A stretch of DNA of 64,000 nt from Candidatus Latescibacterota bacterium (GCA_965208125.1 OZ242320.1:4448001-4512000); one strand, 5' to 3'. Shown: positions 27,912 to 37,747, counted from the stretch's first letter. A program made the numbers and translations. The notes: generated by a model from the sequence alone, not told the origin.

Positions 27912-27975
27912 TTATGTTAGAGAAAAAACCGACCTTTTTTCACCGCCCAATTGGGCACTAAAATAAGGAAAGCCG

Positions 27976-30132
27976 ATGAAAATACGTATTCTTTTTGCTT
28001 TGTTGTTCTGTATCTCTCTTTTGGGAAGTATTTCCGAGGCGTCTGATTGGACGCACTGGCGCGGTCCCATGCAAACTGGTGCTTCGCCGGAGACAGGACT
28101 CGTTTCCTCCTGGTCTCTTGATGGAGAAAATTTGATCTGGCGTCGCGAGTTTATCGGCAGATCTACACCGATTATTGTAAATGGTCGGGTCTATGTTATC
28201 GGGCGAACCGGTGAAGACATAACCGAGCAGGAGCACATCGCGTGTTTTGATGCGGAAACAGGCGATCTCTTATGGGAAAAAAAGTTCAATGTCTGGCATT
28301 CGACCATAACCTTCAATCGTCTGGGATGGGCAAGCCTGGGGGCCGATGGCGAGACCGGTAATATTTACGCCCATCTCGTCAGTGGATTATTGATCTGTTT
28401 TGATACCGATGGCTATGTCCAATGGCAGCGGTCTCTAACCGAAGAATTTAACCGATTCTCCGGTTATGGCGGGCGGTTGCACACGCCTGTTGTAGATGGC
28501 GATCTGGTCATCATCAGCATGGGCAATCGCGGATGGGCCGGCGCACCGCCTTCTCATCGGTATGTTGCCTTTAATAAACATACGGGTGAGACCGCTTGGA
28601 TGGCTCGTCCAGGTGGTGGTGGACAGGTTGATTTAACCGTTTACTCAACGCCTGTTGTCACGACAATTGACGGGCAGCGCGTGTTGGTTGCCGGCAATGG
28701 CAATGGCGGCATTTTTGCCTTTAAAGTCGCAACGGGCGAAAAAGTATGGGGTTTTCCATTCAGTAAGCGCGGCATCAACACCTCGCCTGTCGTGGCTGAC
28801 AATCGCGTTTATGTCGCACACAGCGAAGAAAATGTCGATAATACCTCTCTTGGTCGCGTTGCGTGTTTGGATGCGCGCACGGGCAAAGAAATCTGGCGAC
28901 AAGACGGTATGACCGCGGGCTATGCTTCGCCAGCAGTCCACGCGGGGCGCGTCTATGTTATAGACAATTCGGCCAATGTGCATTGTCTGGACGCCAAAAC
29001 GGGTAAGCAATATTGGGAGCAAAATATCGGCACTGTGGGCAAGGGATCGCCGACCTGGGCCGATGGCAAACTCTATGTTACTGAAGTCAATGGCGGCTTC
29101 CAGATTCTTAAAGCGGGAAATATGAGCGCGGAAGTGCTCGACAAAAAGAAAATCGCAATGCCCGAGGGCGGGCATGCCGAGATCTACGGATCAGTCGCTG
29201 TTGCATATCGCCGCATCTATTTTGCGACGGAAGCCGGGTTGTTTTGCCTGGGCGATAAAAACGCGCGCTTTGAAGTCACATCTTCTCCTCATACAAAGCA
29301 CGAAAGCGCGCCTTCGGGTGCCGAACCCGCATCTATTCTTTCTATTCCAGCTGAGGCGACCATACAACAGGGCGAGGTATTGCCCCTGCGGGCAGAGGCT
29401 TATGATGAGAAGGGATGCTTGATCGGCAATGCCGACGCCGAGTGGTCGTTGAATGGTCTGGATGGAGAAATAAAGAATAATCAGTTTATACCATCCCGGG
29501 CGGGACAGGGCGGCTGGATCACGGTCAAACTCGATGAATTAACCCGCCAGACATGGGTGCGCGTGGTGCCCGATGTGCCCTGGACAGAGGATTTTGAAAA
29601 TATCGAAGTCGGCACAAATCCATTGCACTGGGTGTGGGGAGGCAGGGGTTTTGTGGTGGAGGAAAAAGATGGCAATAAGGTGCTGGCAAAACCTCCGGCT
29701 GCACGCGGCTTAGATCGCTCAAATCTCTATGTGGCGCCGTACAAGCTCAGTGGCTATACTATTCAGGCCGATCTTATGGGCACGCAAAACAAGCGGCGGC
29801 GTCCCGATATGGGGCTTATAGCGCATCGTTATATCCTCGACCTTCAGGGCATTCATCAACGCCTTGAAGTGCGATCGTGGTCGTCGGATTTGCGCATGGC
29901 AAAACGCATTGATTTTAGCTGGGACATGGGGGTGTGGTACACCATGAAAATGAGAGTTGATATCGAAGGTGGTAAAGCCATTGTTCGGGGCAAAGTTTGG
30001 GAAAAAGGCAATCCCGAACCCGATGCGTGGAGTATCGAAGTAGAGGATCCCCTGCCTATAGAAGAGGGCAGCCCCGCGCTTTATGGCTATTCACCTGCCA
30101 CGATTTACTACGATAATGTGAAACTTTGGTAA
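27976..30132 (+). CDS. Secreted PQQ-binding-like beta-propeller protein with extra C-terminal beta-sandwich domain(s)
   Basis: Signal peptide, DWTHWRGP..TG, repeated D.KTG...W blade motifs and a Trp-rich jelly-roll-like C-terminus. Confidence 0.85.
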   Translation: MKIRILFALLFCISLLGSISEASDWTHWRGPMQTGASPETGLVSSWSLDGENLIWRREFIGRSTPIIVNGRVYVIGRTGEDITEQEHIACFDAETGDLLWEKKFNVWHSTITFNRLGWASLGADGETGNIYAHLVSGLLICFDTDGYVQWQRSLTEEFNRFSGYGGRLHTPVVDGDLVIISMGNRGWAGAPPSHRYVAFNKHTGETAWMARPGGGGQVDLTVYSTPVVTTIDGQRVLVAGNGNGGIFAFKVATGEKVWGFPFSKRGINTSPVVADNRVYVAHSEENVDNTSLGRVACLDARTGKEIWRQDGMTAGYASPAVHAGRVYVIDNSANVHCLDAKTGKQYWEQNIGTVGKGSPTWADGKLYVTEVNGGFQILKAGNMSAEVLDKKKIAMPEGGHAEIYGSVAVAYRRIYFATEAGLFCLGDKNARFEVTSSPHTKHESAPSGAEPASILSIPAEATIQQGEVLPLRAEAYDEKGCLIGNADAEWSLNGLDGEIKNNQFIPSRAGQGGWITVKLDELTRQTWVRVVPDVPWTEDFENIEVGTNPLHWVWGGRGFVVEEKDGNKVLAKPPAARGLDRSNLYVAPYKLSGYTIQADLMGTQNKRRRPDMGLIAHRYILDLQGIHQRLEVRSWSSDLRMAKRIDFSWDMGVWYTMKMRVDIEGGKAIVRGKVWEKGNPEPDAWSIEVEDPLPIEEGSPALYGYSPATIYYDNVKLW

Positions 30133-30164
30133 TCTTCATAAACCCTTACAGGTAAAGGAATAAA

Positions 30165-31592
30165 ATGAAATTGAAACGACTTTTTAGCGGATGTGTTATC
30201 GTTGGTTTGATCGTATCGACTGGTATTGCCGAAGAGGTTATGTGGGGATTTACTCCAGATCGCAACCTCGTGTCAGACGCAAAAAATTTGCCGATGAACT
30301 GGAATGTAGAAACGGGTGAAAATATCGCTTGGAAAGCAGATCTCGGTTCGCAGTCCTACGCCGGTCCCATCAGGATTGGTGGCAAAATATTTATGGGGAC
30401 AAATAATCAGATTGAGCGCAATCCCAAAATTACGGGTGACAAGGGCGTAATCATGGCTTTTCAGGAATCCGATGGAAAATTTCTCTGGCAAGCAGCGCAT
30501 CCCAAGCTGCCCGCGGGGCGCGTCAATGACTGGCCACAACAGGGCATTTGCTCCACGCCTTATATTAGCGGAGATCGGATGTATTATATCTCGAATCAAT
30601 GTCGCGTAGTGTGCGCGGATACAGAGGGTTTTTTGGATGGGGAAAATGACGGTCCATATACCGGAGAAGAGGATACGAGCGATATCGGTGTGGATATTAT
30701 CTGGGAATACGACATGATGGAAGAACTGGATGTGTTCCCTCACAATCTGGCGACCTGTTCGCCCGTGGGAGCGGGCAATCTCCTGTTTGTCATCACCGCT
30801 AATGGTGTTGACGAGGGTCACATTGCCATCCCTTCGCCTCTGTCGCCCAGCTTTATTGCGGTCGATCTCAATACGGGGGAACTGGTTTGGGAAAAAGCCT
30901 ATCCCGGTGAAAGTATCTTGCACGGGCAGTGGTCCAATCCCGCTTATGGTATTATCAATGGCAAGCCGCAAGTGATCTGCCCTGGGGGCGATGGCTGGGT
31001 TTATTCAGTAGAACCCGCGACCGGCGACCTGATCTGGAAATTTGACTGCAATCCAAAAGACTCTGTATGGGAGTTGGGCGGGCGCGGTACGCGCAATGCG
31101 ATTATCTCCACTCCAGTTATTTACGATAACAAGGTTTTTATCGGCGTTGGGCAAGACCCGGAGCACGGCGAGGGCATTGGACACCTGTGGGCTATTGACG
31201 CGACGGGTACAGGGGATGTGACGGGAAGCCATGCAGTGTGGCATTTTGGCAATGAAAATTATAACCGTACCATTTCAACGGTGGGCATCAGCGATGGCCT
31301 GCTCTATGCAGCAGATCTGAGTGGCTTTGTCTATTGTCTCGATCTGAAAACCGGTACACAGCACTGGAAATACGATACATTTGCCGCGATATGGGGATCG
31401 CCTTTTGTGGCTGACGGGAAGGTGTACATTGGCGATGAAGATGGCGATGTGGCGATTTTGAAAGCCGGAACACAATTTGAATTGATCAACGAAATCAATA
31501 TGGGTAGCGCCGTATATACCACGCCTATTGCAAAAGATGGCATGCTCTACATTGGCACGCGCAATACGCTGTATGCGATTAAGGGCGAGTAG
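30165..31592 (+). CDS. Secreted PQQ-binding-like beta-propeller protein
   Basis: Signal peptide, MWGFTPDRN, blade motifs (DLNTGELVW, DLKTGTQHW) and acidic/His-rich loop inserts. Confidence 0.85.
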   Translation: MKLKRLFSGCVIVGLIVSTGIAEEVMWGFTPDRNLVSDAKNLPMNWNVETGENIAWKADLGSQSYAGPIRIGGKIFMGTNNQIERNPKITGDKGVIMAFQESDGKFLWQAAHPKLPAGRVNDWPQQGICSTPYISGDRMYYISNQCRVVCADTEGFLDGENDGPYTGEEDTSDIGVDIIWEYDMMEELDVFPHNLATCSPVGAGNLLFVITANGVDEGHIAIPSPLSPSFIAVDLNTGELVWEKAYPGESILHGQWSNPAYGIINGKPQVICPGGDGWVYSVEPATGDLIWKFDCNPKDSVWELGGRGTRNAIISTPVIYDNKVFIGVGQDPEHGEGIGHLWAIDATGTGDVTGSHAVWHFGNENYNRTISTVGISDGLLYAADLSGFVYCLDLKTGTQHWKYDTFAAIWGSPFVADGKVYIGDEDGDVAILKAGTQFELINEINMGSAVYTTPIAKDGMLYIGTRNTLYAIKGE

Positions 31593-31605
31593 AAGGGGTC
31601 ACAAT

Positions 31606-32694
31606 ATGGAAGTTCTGGCAACACCAGCGGTCGATAAGGTCAAAGAAGCGCGCGATATCCTTGACGCCCAGGTGCGAGATATGGTCGCCTGGCATTTTAA
31701 TCCCAATACGGGATGTCCGTTCTGGCTGGAATTTGCGGCGGAACTGGATTTTGATCCGCGGCGGGAGATCGGCGGGTACAGCGATTTGAAATATCTCGGG
31801 CATTTCCAGGACGAATGGCTGCGCGGTGGCCCCGTGCGGCGATGGATCCCGAGGGGTAGCGAGGGGCAGCGGACTTATGTCTTTGAGACGGGTGGCTCAA
31901 CAGGGGTTCCCAAATATCGGATCAGCCAAAACGATTTTCAGATCGACTACGAAATGTTTAGCGAGCACCTTTCTGAAGAAACATTTCCGAAGGGGGCGGA
32001 CTGGTTGATGCTGGGACCAACAGGTCCCCGGCGATTGCGCTTGGCTGTCGAATATCTCTGTCAGATTCGCGGTGGGATTTGCTTTCTCGTGGATCTCGAT
32101 CCCCGATGGGTTAACAAGCTGATCAAGCGCGGCGCACTCCAGGAATTGGAACTCTACAAAGCCCATGTCATCGATCAGGCGCTCACTATTTTGCGCGCGA
32201 ATGATAATGTGAAGTGCATGTTTACGACCCCCAAACTTCTCGAAGAATTGTGCGAAAAAATTTCTCTGCAAAAAGCCGGGATCAGCGGCATTTTTTGCGG
32301 GGGAACAGAGATGAACGCACAGTTTAATAGATTTGCGAGAGAAGAGCTTATCCCTGGCATCGATTTTGTTCCTACCTACGGCAATACCCTGATGGGACTG
32401 GCTTATTCCAAGCCGCTGGAACCCGGAGACAATTACGCGATTACGTATTACCCGCCCGTGCCCCGCGCGTTTATCGAACTGGTGAATCCAAATAATCCCG
32501 ATGAAGAGGTCGGTTACGACGAAGTCGGGCGCGTGATGCTGACGACACTTACGAAAGAATTTTTTATGCCCCGCTTTCTCGAACGCGATGAGGCCGAACG
32601 CGCCAAACCAATTGAAGCCTATCCCTGGGATGGCGTGAGAAATCTGGGTTTGTTCTCCGAGTTGCAGGAATCAGTCGTCGTTGGGGTGTATTAA
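31606..32694 (+). CDS. EhpF/EsmB1-like atypical ANL-superfamily adenylating enzyme
   Basis: WHFNPNTGCPFW, ETGGSTGVPK, PTGP, DLDPRWV, TTP, GGTE, YGNT, ERD and C-terminal GVY match my recollection of Pantoea EhpF motifs along the whole length. Confidence 0.8.
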   Translation: MEVLATPAVDKVKEARDILDAQVRDMVAWHFNPNTGCPFWLEFAAELDFDPRREIGGYSDLKYLGHFQDEWLRGGPVRRWIPRGSEGQRTYVFETGGSTGVPKYRISQNDFQIDYEMFSEHLSEETFPKGADWLMLGPTGPRRLRLAVEYLCQIRGGICFLVDLDPRWVNKLIKRGALQELELYKAHVIDQALTILRANDNVKCMFTTPKLLEELCEKISLQKAGISGIFCGGTEMNAQFNRFAREELIPGIDFVPTYGNTLMGLAYSKPLEPGDNYAITYYPPVPRAFIELVNPNNPDEEVGYDEVGRVMLTTLTKEFFMPRFLERDEAERAKPIEAYPWDGVRNLGLFSELQESVVVGVY

Positions 32695-32753
32695 ATCGAA
32701 CGGATCTTTTATATCCCATACTGTGGTTTCAGTCTTTCAAAGAGGCGAAATAT

Positions 32754-34178
32754 ATGATTCACTTACCTATTTTACGTGCGGGGGAACCGTACACGAGTTT
32801 GAATGTTCAGGAAGTGTCGCATATTCAAACTGGCGAGCCGCTCGTTCAGGTCAGTCAGGCAAATCGGGGGCTGGTTGCGAAAGACTTAAATGCGGCGGTG
32901 GCGAACAAACGGGTGCTCGACAGGCTGAGTGTATCCGAACTCGCAGGTATAACCCGCGAAGCCGCACGCTTATTTGCAAAAGCCGATTTGCCCATTGGCG
33001 ATCATATACAGACGCCCGATGACTATGTCAAACAGGTGTCTGGCACAACGGGTATGCCCGAAGCGCTCTGCCGCGCGAATATGGAAAAAATTCAGCTCGT
33101 GTGTACGGAGATCGAAGCTATTTTAGGGGGTCTCACGCGTGGGTTAGATCTCGCTGTGCTCGATGAAGGCTGGCACAATCAGGATGGTCGCTCTCTCAGC
33201 TATATTTGCCAGGCCGATGCCCTCGGAGCTATATTGCCGAGCAATTCACCGGGTGTACACGCCCTGTGGGTTCCATCCATACCGCTCAAGGTGCCCCTCG
33301 TTCTCAAACCTGGACGCGAAGAGCCATGGACGCCTTTCCGAATTGCACAGGCATTTATCGAAGCGGGGTGCCCGCCAGAAGCGTTTGGGTTTTATCCTAC
33401 GGATCACGGAGGTGCCACTGAAATTTTGCTTCGCTGCGGTCGCTCCATGCTATTTGGGGGCGGGGCGACGGTTGCGCCCTGGCTGAGCGATCCCCGCGTG
33501 GAAATTCACGGGCCTGGACAGAGTAAGGTCATTATTGGCGAAGATGTGATAGACCGCTGGGAAGACTATCTCGACATCGCGGTAGCCTCGATTGCTGCAA
33601 ATGGCGGTCGCTCTTGCATCAATGCGTCAGGCGTGTGGGTTCCCGCGTATGGTCGAGAAATTGCCGAAGCACTCGCAGAGCGATTGGCAAAAATTGTCGG
33701 GAGACCTCTGGATGATCCAGAAGCGCAGATCGCGGCATTTACCAATCCCGCATTCGCCGATCAAATTTCGACAACGATAGACATCCATCTGAAAACCCCA
33801 GGGGCTGAAGATCTGACCGAGAAATTGCGCGGTGATCGGCTGGTCGAGATCGATGGCTTGAAATTCTTAAATCCCACGGTTGTCTGGTGCGATGATTTTG
33901 AACATCCTCTTGCAAATACCGAATATTTGTTCCCATACGCGAGCGTGGTCGAAGTTCCGCAATCGGAAATTCTGGATAAGATCGGACCGAGCCTCGTGGT
34001 GACAGCAATAACAGAGGACCGTGCATTTATCGATAAATTGCTCAATTCTCCCCATGTAGAAAGACTCAATGTGGGGGCGATTCCCACGCCTCAGATTTCA
34101 TGGGATCAACCACACGAGGGCAATTTGTTTGAACATCTTTACCGACAACGCGCGCTGCAATGGGCGAAACAGGCTTAG
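32754..34178 (+). CDS. Aldehyde dehydrogenase-fold acyl reductase (EhpG/EsmB2/LuxC-like)
   Basis: LPSNSPG, LKPG, catalytic Cys in NGGRSCINAS. HGPG replaces the canonical ELGG. EYLFP. Confidence 0.8.
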   Translation: MIHLPILRAGEPYTSLNVQEVSHIQTGEPLVQVSQANRGLVAKDLNAAVANKRVLDRLSVSELAGITREAARLFAKADLPIGDHIQTPDDYVKQVSGTTGMPEALCRANMEKIQLVCTEIEAILGGLTRGLDLAVLDEGWHNQDGRSLSYICQADALGAILPSNSPGVHALWVPSIPLKVPLVLKPGREEPWTPFRIAQAFIEAGCPPEAFGFYPTDHGGATEILLRCGRSMLFGGGATVAPWLSDPRVEIHGPGQSKVIIGEDVIDRWEDYLDIAVASIAANGGRSCINASGVWVPAYGREIAEALAERLAKIVGRPLDDPEAQIAAFTNPAFADQISTTIDIHLKTPGAEDLTEKLRGDRLVEIDGLKFLNPTVVWCDDFEHPLANTEYLFPYASVVEVPQSEILDKIGPSLVVTAITEDRAFIDKLLNSPHVERLNVGAIPTPQISWDQPHEGNLFEHLYRQRALQWAKQA

Positions 34179-34181
34179 GAG

Positions 34182-35297
34182 ATGATAGCATTTGATTTTT
34201 GTCCCACTACGCGCGTGGTGTTTGGGGAGGGCACACTCGCGCAATTGGGGAAATTATCGAAAGAATTGGGCGGAAGCCGCATTCTTTTTGTGACTGATCC
34301 AGGGATTGTAAGTGCCGGGCTTGCAGACCGTGCGATTGCGCCGCTTCAAAGCGCTTCCCTGGATTTTTTTGTGTTTGATGGGGTGGGCGAAAATCCCACG
34401 ACCGCGCATGTAGAGGCCGGTGTCGCGTTTGCAAAGGCACATGGAAATATTGATCTGATTGTCGGGATGGGAGGAGGTAGTGCGATGGATTGCGCCAAGG
34501 GGATCAATTTTATCCTGACAAACGGCGGACAGATGGCCGATTATATGGGTATGGGCCAGGCGGCGAATCCCATGTTGCCCTCGATTGGGGTTCCAACAAC
34601 TGCGGGTACGGGGAGCGAAGCGCAGTCCTACGCGCTTATTTCCGATGCCAAAACGCATGTCAAGATGGCCTGTGGCGATCTTAAAGCGCGATTTCGAAGT
34701 GTTATTCTCGATCCGCCACTGATCGAAAGTGTGCCGAAAAATGTCGCAGCAGCAGCGGGAATAGACGCCATTGCACACGCTATTGAGAGTTATGTTTGCA
34801 CGCGCCGCAATGCCATTTCTATGATGTTCGCGCAAAAGGCGTGGCAATTGCTTTCATCGAGTTTTGAATGCGTGTTGAAGGATGCTTCCGATAGCGATGC
34901 GAGGAGCAAAATGCTTTTGGGTGCGCACTTTGCCGGTGCGGCTATTGAGAATGCCATGTTGGGTGCAGCTCATGCGTGTGCCAATCCATTGACCGCGCAT
35001 TTTGGTATTGTACATGGCATCGCTGTGGCACTTTTGCTGCCCGCTGTCGTCCAATTTAATGGCGAAACCCAAAGTACGCGCTATCGCGGACTCGGAGTTG
35101 ATGTTGATGAACTCGTCGAGAAGGTCGTTTTTTTGAAGGAATGTGCGAATCTGCCTTCTCGATTGCGCGACCTCGGCGTAGCGCGTGACAGCCTCCCAAT
35201 GCTGGCAAAAGATGCAACTGAACAATGGACGGGTACTTTTAATCCGAGACCCGTAGGCGAAAAAGATTTTCTCGCCCTTTACGAATCTGTGTATTGA
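34182..35297 (+). CDS. Iron-containing alcohol dehydrogenase
   Basis: GGGSAMD, PTTAGTGSE, metal ligands DAIAH, AH, VHG. Confidence 0.93.
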   Translation: MIAFDFCPTTRVVFGEGTLAQLGKLSKELGGSRILFVTDPGIVSAGLADRAIAPLQSASLDFFVFDGVGENPTTAHVEAGVAFAKAHGNIDLIVGMGGGSAMDCAKGINFILTNGGQMADYMGMGQAANPMLPSIGVPTTAGTGSEAQSYALISDAKTHVKMACGDLKARFRSVILDPPLIESVPKNVAAAAGIDAIAHAIESYVCTRRNAISMMFAQKAWQLLSSSFECVLKDASDSDARSKMLLGAHFAGAAIENAMLGAAHACANPLTAHFGIVHGIAVALLLPAVVQFNGETQSTRYRGLGVDVDELVEKVVFLKECANLPSRLRDLGVARDSLPMLAKDATEQWTGTFNPRPVGEKDFLALYESVY

Positions 35298-35303
35298 TCT
35301 GCA

Positions 35304-36404
35304 ATGAGAATAATTCTTTTTTTTCTTGGTTTTCAATTATTTTTAATTCCCGTCCAGGCAGAAGAATGGAATCGATTTCGCGGGGATGCACAATCTACAG
35401 GTGTTGCACATAGTAGCTTGCCTGCTGAACTGGATGTGTTGTGGACGGCACAGATCGAAATAGGGATTGAATCCACCGTCGCAATTTGGCAAGATGCGGT
35501 GTATGTGGGCGGGTTGGATGAAAAGCTATACGCTTTTAATTTTGATAGCGGTGCGCTCAAGTGGACGTATGTGGCTACGGGTGAGATCAAGTCGTCGCCA
35601 TTGGTTTTTGAAAAAACCGTGTATTTCGGCGATGGCAATGGCGTTTTTCACGCTGTTGATGCACAAACGGGTAACGCACTTTGGACGTTTCAAACGGATG
35701 GGGAGATTATCTCATCGGCAAATGCAACCGGGGGGCGCGTCCTGTTTGGGTCTTATGATCAGTTCTTATACTGCCTCGCGCCGGGCGATGGAGCTTTGTT
35801 GTGGAAGATAGAAACGGATGGTTATGTTCACGGCATGCCAGCTATCGCGCAAACGCACGCACTCATCGCGGGCTGTGATGGTCTTTTGCGCGTTATCGAT
35901 ATTGCCAGTGGAAAAGAGCAATCGCAAATCGAACTCGGTGCTTATGTGGGCGCCAGCGCAGCCGTTCATCAGACGCGCGCTTATGTGGGGACTTATGAAA
36001 GCCAGATCTTGTGCATTGACTTAACGGCAAAAGAAATTGTCTGGCGATACGAACATCCGCAGCGAAAATTGCCTTATTTTGCATCGCCATCCGTGACCCC
36101 TGAGCGGGTTATTGTTGCAGGGCGCGACAAAATGATTCACGCACTTGATCCCGACACGGGCGATGTTTTGTGGACTTATACGTCCCGATCTCGATTTGAA
36201 GCATCTCCGGTTGTGGTGGGTGATCGCGTTTTTGCAGGGACTACGGGTGGCAGAATCGTGGCATTAAATCTCGAGACCGGTGAACTCGGTTGGGAATTTG
36301 TGACCGGATCGGAATTTGTTGCCTCGCCCAGCGTGGCACGCGAGCGGCTGATTATTGGCACAACAGATGGTACGTTATATTGTTTTGGAAAGGCGGAAGA
36401 ATGA
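35304..36404 (+). CDS. Secreted PQQ-binding-like beta-propeller protein (BamB-like repeats)
   Basis: Signal peptide, EWNRFRGD..STG and eight regular SP...G..D...A.D..TG...W blades. Confidence 0.88.
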   Translation: MRIILFFLGFQLFLIPVQAEEWNRFRGDAQSTGVAHSSLPAELDVLWTAQIEIGIESTVAIWQDAVYVGGLDEKLYAFNFDSGALKWTYVATGEIKSSPLVFEKTVYFGDGNGVFHAVDAQTGNALWTFQTDGEIISSANATGGRVLFGSYDQFLYCLAPGDGALLWKIETDGYVHGMPAIAQTHALIAGCDGLLRVIDIASGKEQSQIELGAYVGASAAVHQTRAYVGTYESQILCIDLTAKEIVWRYEHPQRKLPYFASPSVTPERVIVAGRDKMIHALDPDTGDVLWTYTSRSRFEASPVVVGDRVFAGTTGGRIVALNLETGELGWEFVTGSEFVASPSVARERLIIGTTDGTLYCFGKAEE

Positions 36405-37747
36405 GCGAGCAAATTCAGATTCCAGAGCCAGCGACAACCCGCAAGGTGTGGAGGGAAACAGATGTTGGTAGCGTGTTTGTTTCCAATTATCCGCCTTACT
36501 CTTTCTGGCGCGATGAAAATACGGCGCAGATTGTAGAGATGTTGCATTCATCTGATTCGGGGGATAGAGAAATACCTCTGGGCCTTTACATGCATATTCC
36601 ATTTTGCCGAAAACGGTGCAAGTTCTGTTATTTTCGGGTTTATACAGATCGCAATAGCGCGGAAATTCAGACGTATTTGGATACCCTGGCAAAAGAAGTG
36701 GAAACTTATAGCACGTTGCCGCGTATTGCAGGCCGAAAATTGAACTTTGTTTATTTTGGCGGTGGCACGCCGTCTTATATTAGTGTTAAACACTTAAAGG
36801 TACTGGTTGACCGGATCAAGGCTGTGATGCCGTGGGATGATGCGGAAGAAGTGGCATTTGAGTGCGAGCCGGGTACGCTGTCAAAATCCAAAGTCGAGGC
36901 TATTCGTGAGATTGGCGTCACGCGCTTGAGTCTGGGATTGGAGAATTTAAACGATGATATTTTGCGGGAGAATGGCCGCGCACACGTCAGCAAAGAAATT
37001 TACAGGGTTATGCCGTGGGTCAAGGCGCAGGAATTTGCACAGGTCAATGTAGATTTAATCTCCGGTATGGTTGGGGAGACGTGGGAGACGTGGCGAGATA
37101 CGGTGCAGGGTACTATTGATCTCGACGCGGATAGTGTTACCATTTATCAGATGGAATTGCCGTTTAATACGACGTATTCAAAATCGATACGCGATGGAGG
37201 AGGCTTGCAGGTCGCAGATTGGCCTACTAAGCGCGCATGGCACAATTATGCGATTGAAGAGTTTACCAAAGCGGGTTATGAAACATCGAGTGCTTATACG
37301 CTGGTGAAAAAAGGTCGCCTGAACAAATTCGTCTATCGAGATGCCCTGTGGCGCAGCGCAGATCTCATCGGTACGGGTGTGGCTTCTTTTTCGCATGTGG
37401 GAGGTATGCATTTTCAAAACCAGACGCATTGGGATCCCTATATCGAAACCATTGACAAAGGACAACTTCCGATCAATCGCTCTTTTGTGCCGACAAAAGA
37501 AGAACGGCTGATAAGGGAGATGATTTTGCAACTCAAGCTCGGGCGGATTGAAACAGCTTATTTCCAGGATAAATTTGGTGTCAATATCCTGCACCAATTT
37601 GATGATGCCTATCAGAAGCTCAGGGATTACGAGATGCTGGATTTCGATTCGCAAAGTATCACTCTGAGCCGGGAGGGACTTTTGCGCGTCGATCAGTTGC
37701 TGCCCGAATTTTACCACGAAAAATATCGCAATTCGCGCTATACATGA
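36401..37747 (+). CDS. HemN-like radical SAM enzyme (class C methyltransferase-like)
   Basis: NYPP, YMHIPFCRKRCKFC (CxxxCxxC), GGGTPS, RLSLG, VDLISG. Start overlaps the upstream stop (ATGA). Confidence 0.88.
   Translation: MSEQIQIPEPATTRKVWRETDVGSVFVSNYPPYSFWRDENTAQIVEMLHSSDSGDREIPLGLYMHIPFCRKRCKFCYFRVYTDRNSAEIQTYLDTLAKEVETYSTLPRIAGRKLNFVYFGGGTPSYISVKHLKVLVDRIKAVMPWDDAEEVAFECEPGTLSKSKVEAIREIGVTRLSLGLENLNDDILRENGRAHVSKEIYRVMPWVKAQEFAQVNVDLISGMVGETWETWRDTVQGTIDLDADSVTIYQMELPFNTTYSKSIRDGGGLQVADWPTKRAWHNYAIEEFTKAGYETSSAYTLVKKGRLNKFVYRDALWRSADLIGTGVASFSHVGGMHFQNQTHWDPYIETIDKGQLPINRSFVPTKEERLIREMILQLKLGRIETAYFQDKFGVNILHQFDDAYQKLRDYEMLDFDSQSITLSREGLLRVDQLLPEFYHEKYRNSRYT

Noticed and set aside
27855-27961. 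Tiny ORFs (MINVIIN; MCFTPCMLWGKIMLEKKPTFFHRPIGH) as a RiPP precursor or leader peptide
   Set aside because: RBS support is weak, they do not resemble PqqA or MftA, and the cluster has no RRE/PqqD, SPASM domain or peptidase. They cannot be supported without conservation data.
31606-34178. luxCE bioluminescence genes
   Set aside because: No luxA, luxB or luxD is present, and the motifs match EhpF better than LuxE.
35304-36404. bamB or a PQQ-dependent dehydrogenase
   Set aside because: There is no lipobox, no bam/der context, no vicinal disulfide and no pqq gene in the window.
36401-37747. hemN coproporphyrinogen III oxidase or hemW
   Set aside because: The diagnostic C-terminal motifs are absent and the context is not heme biosynthesis, so no gene symbol was given.
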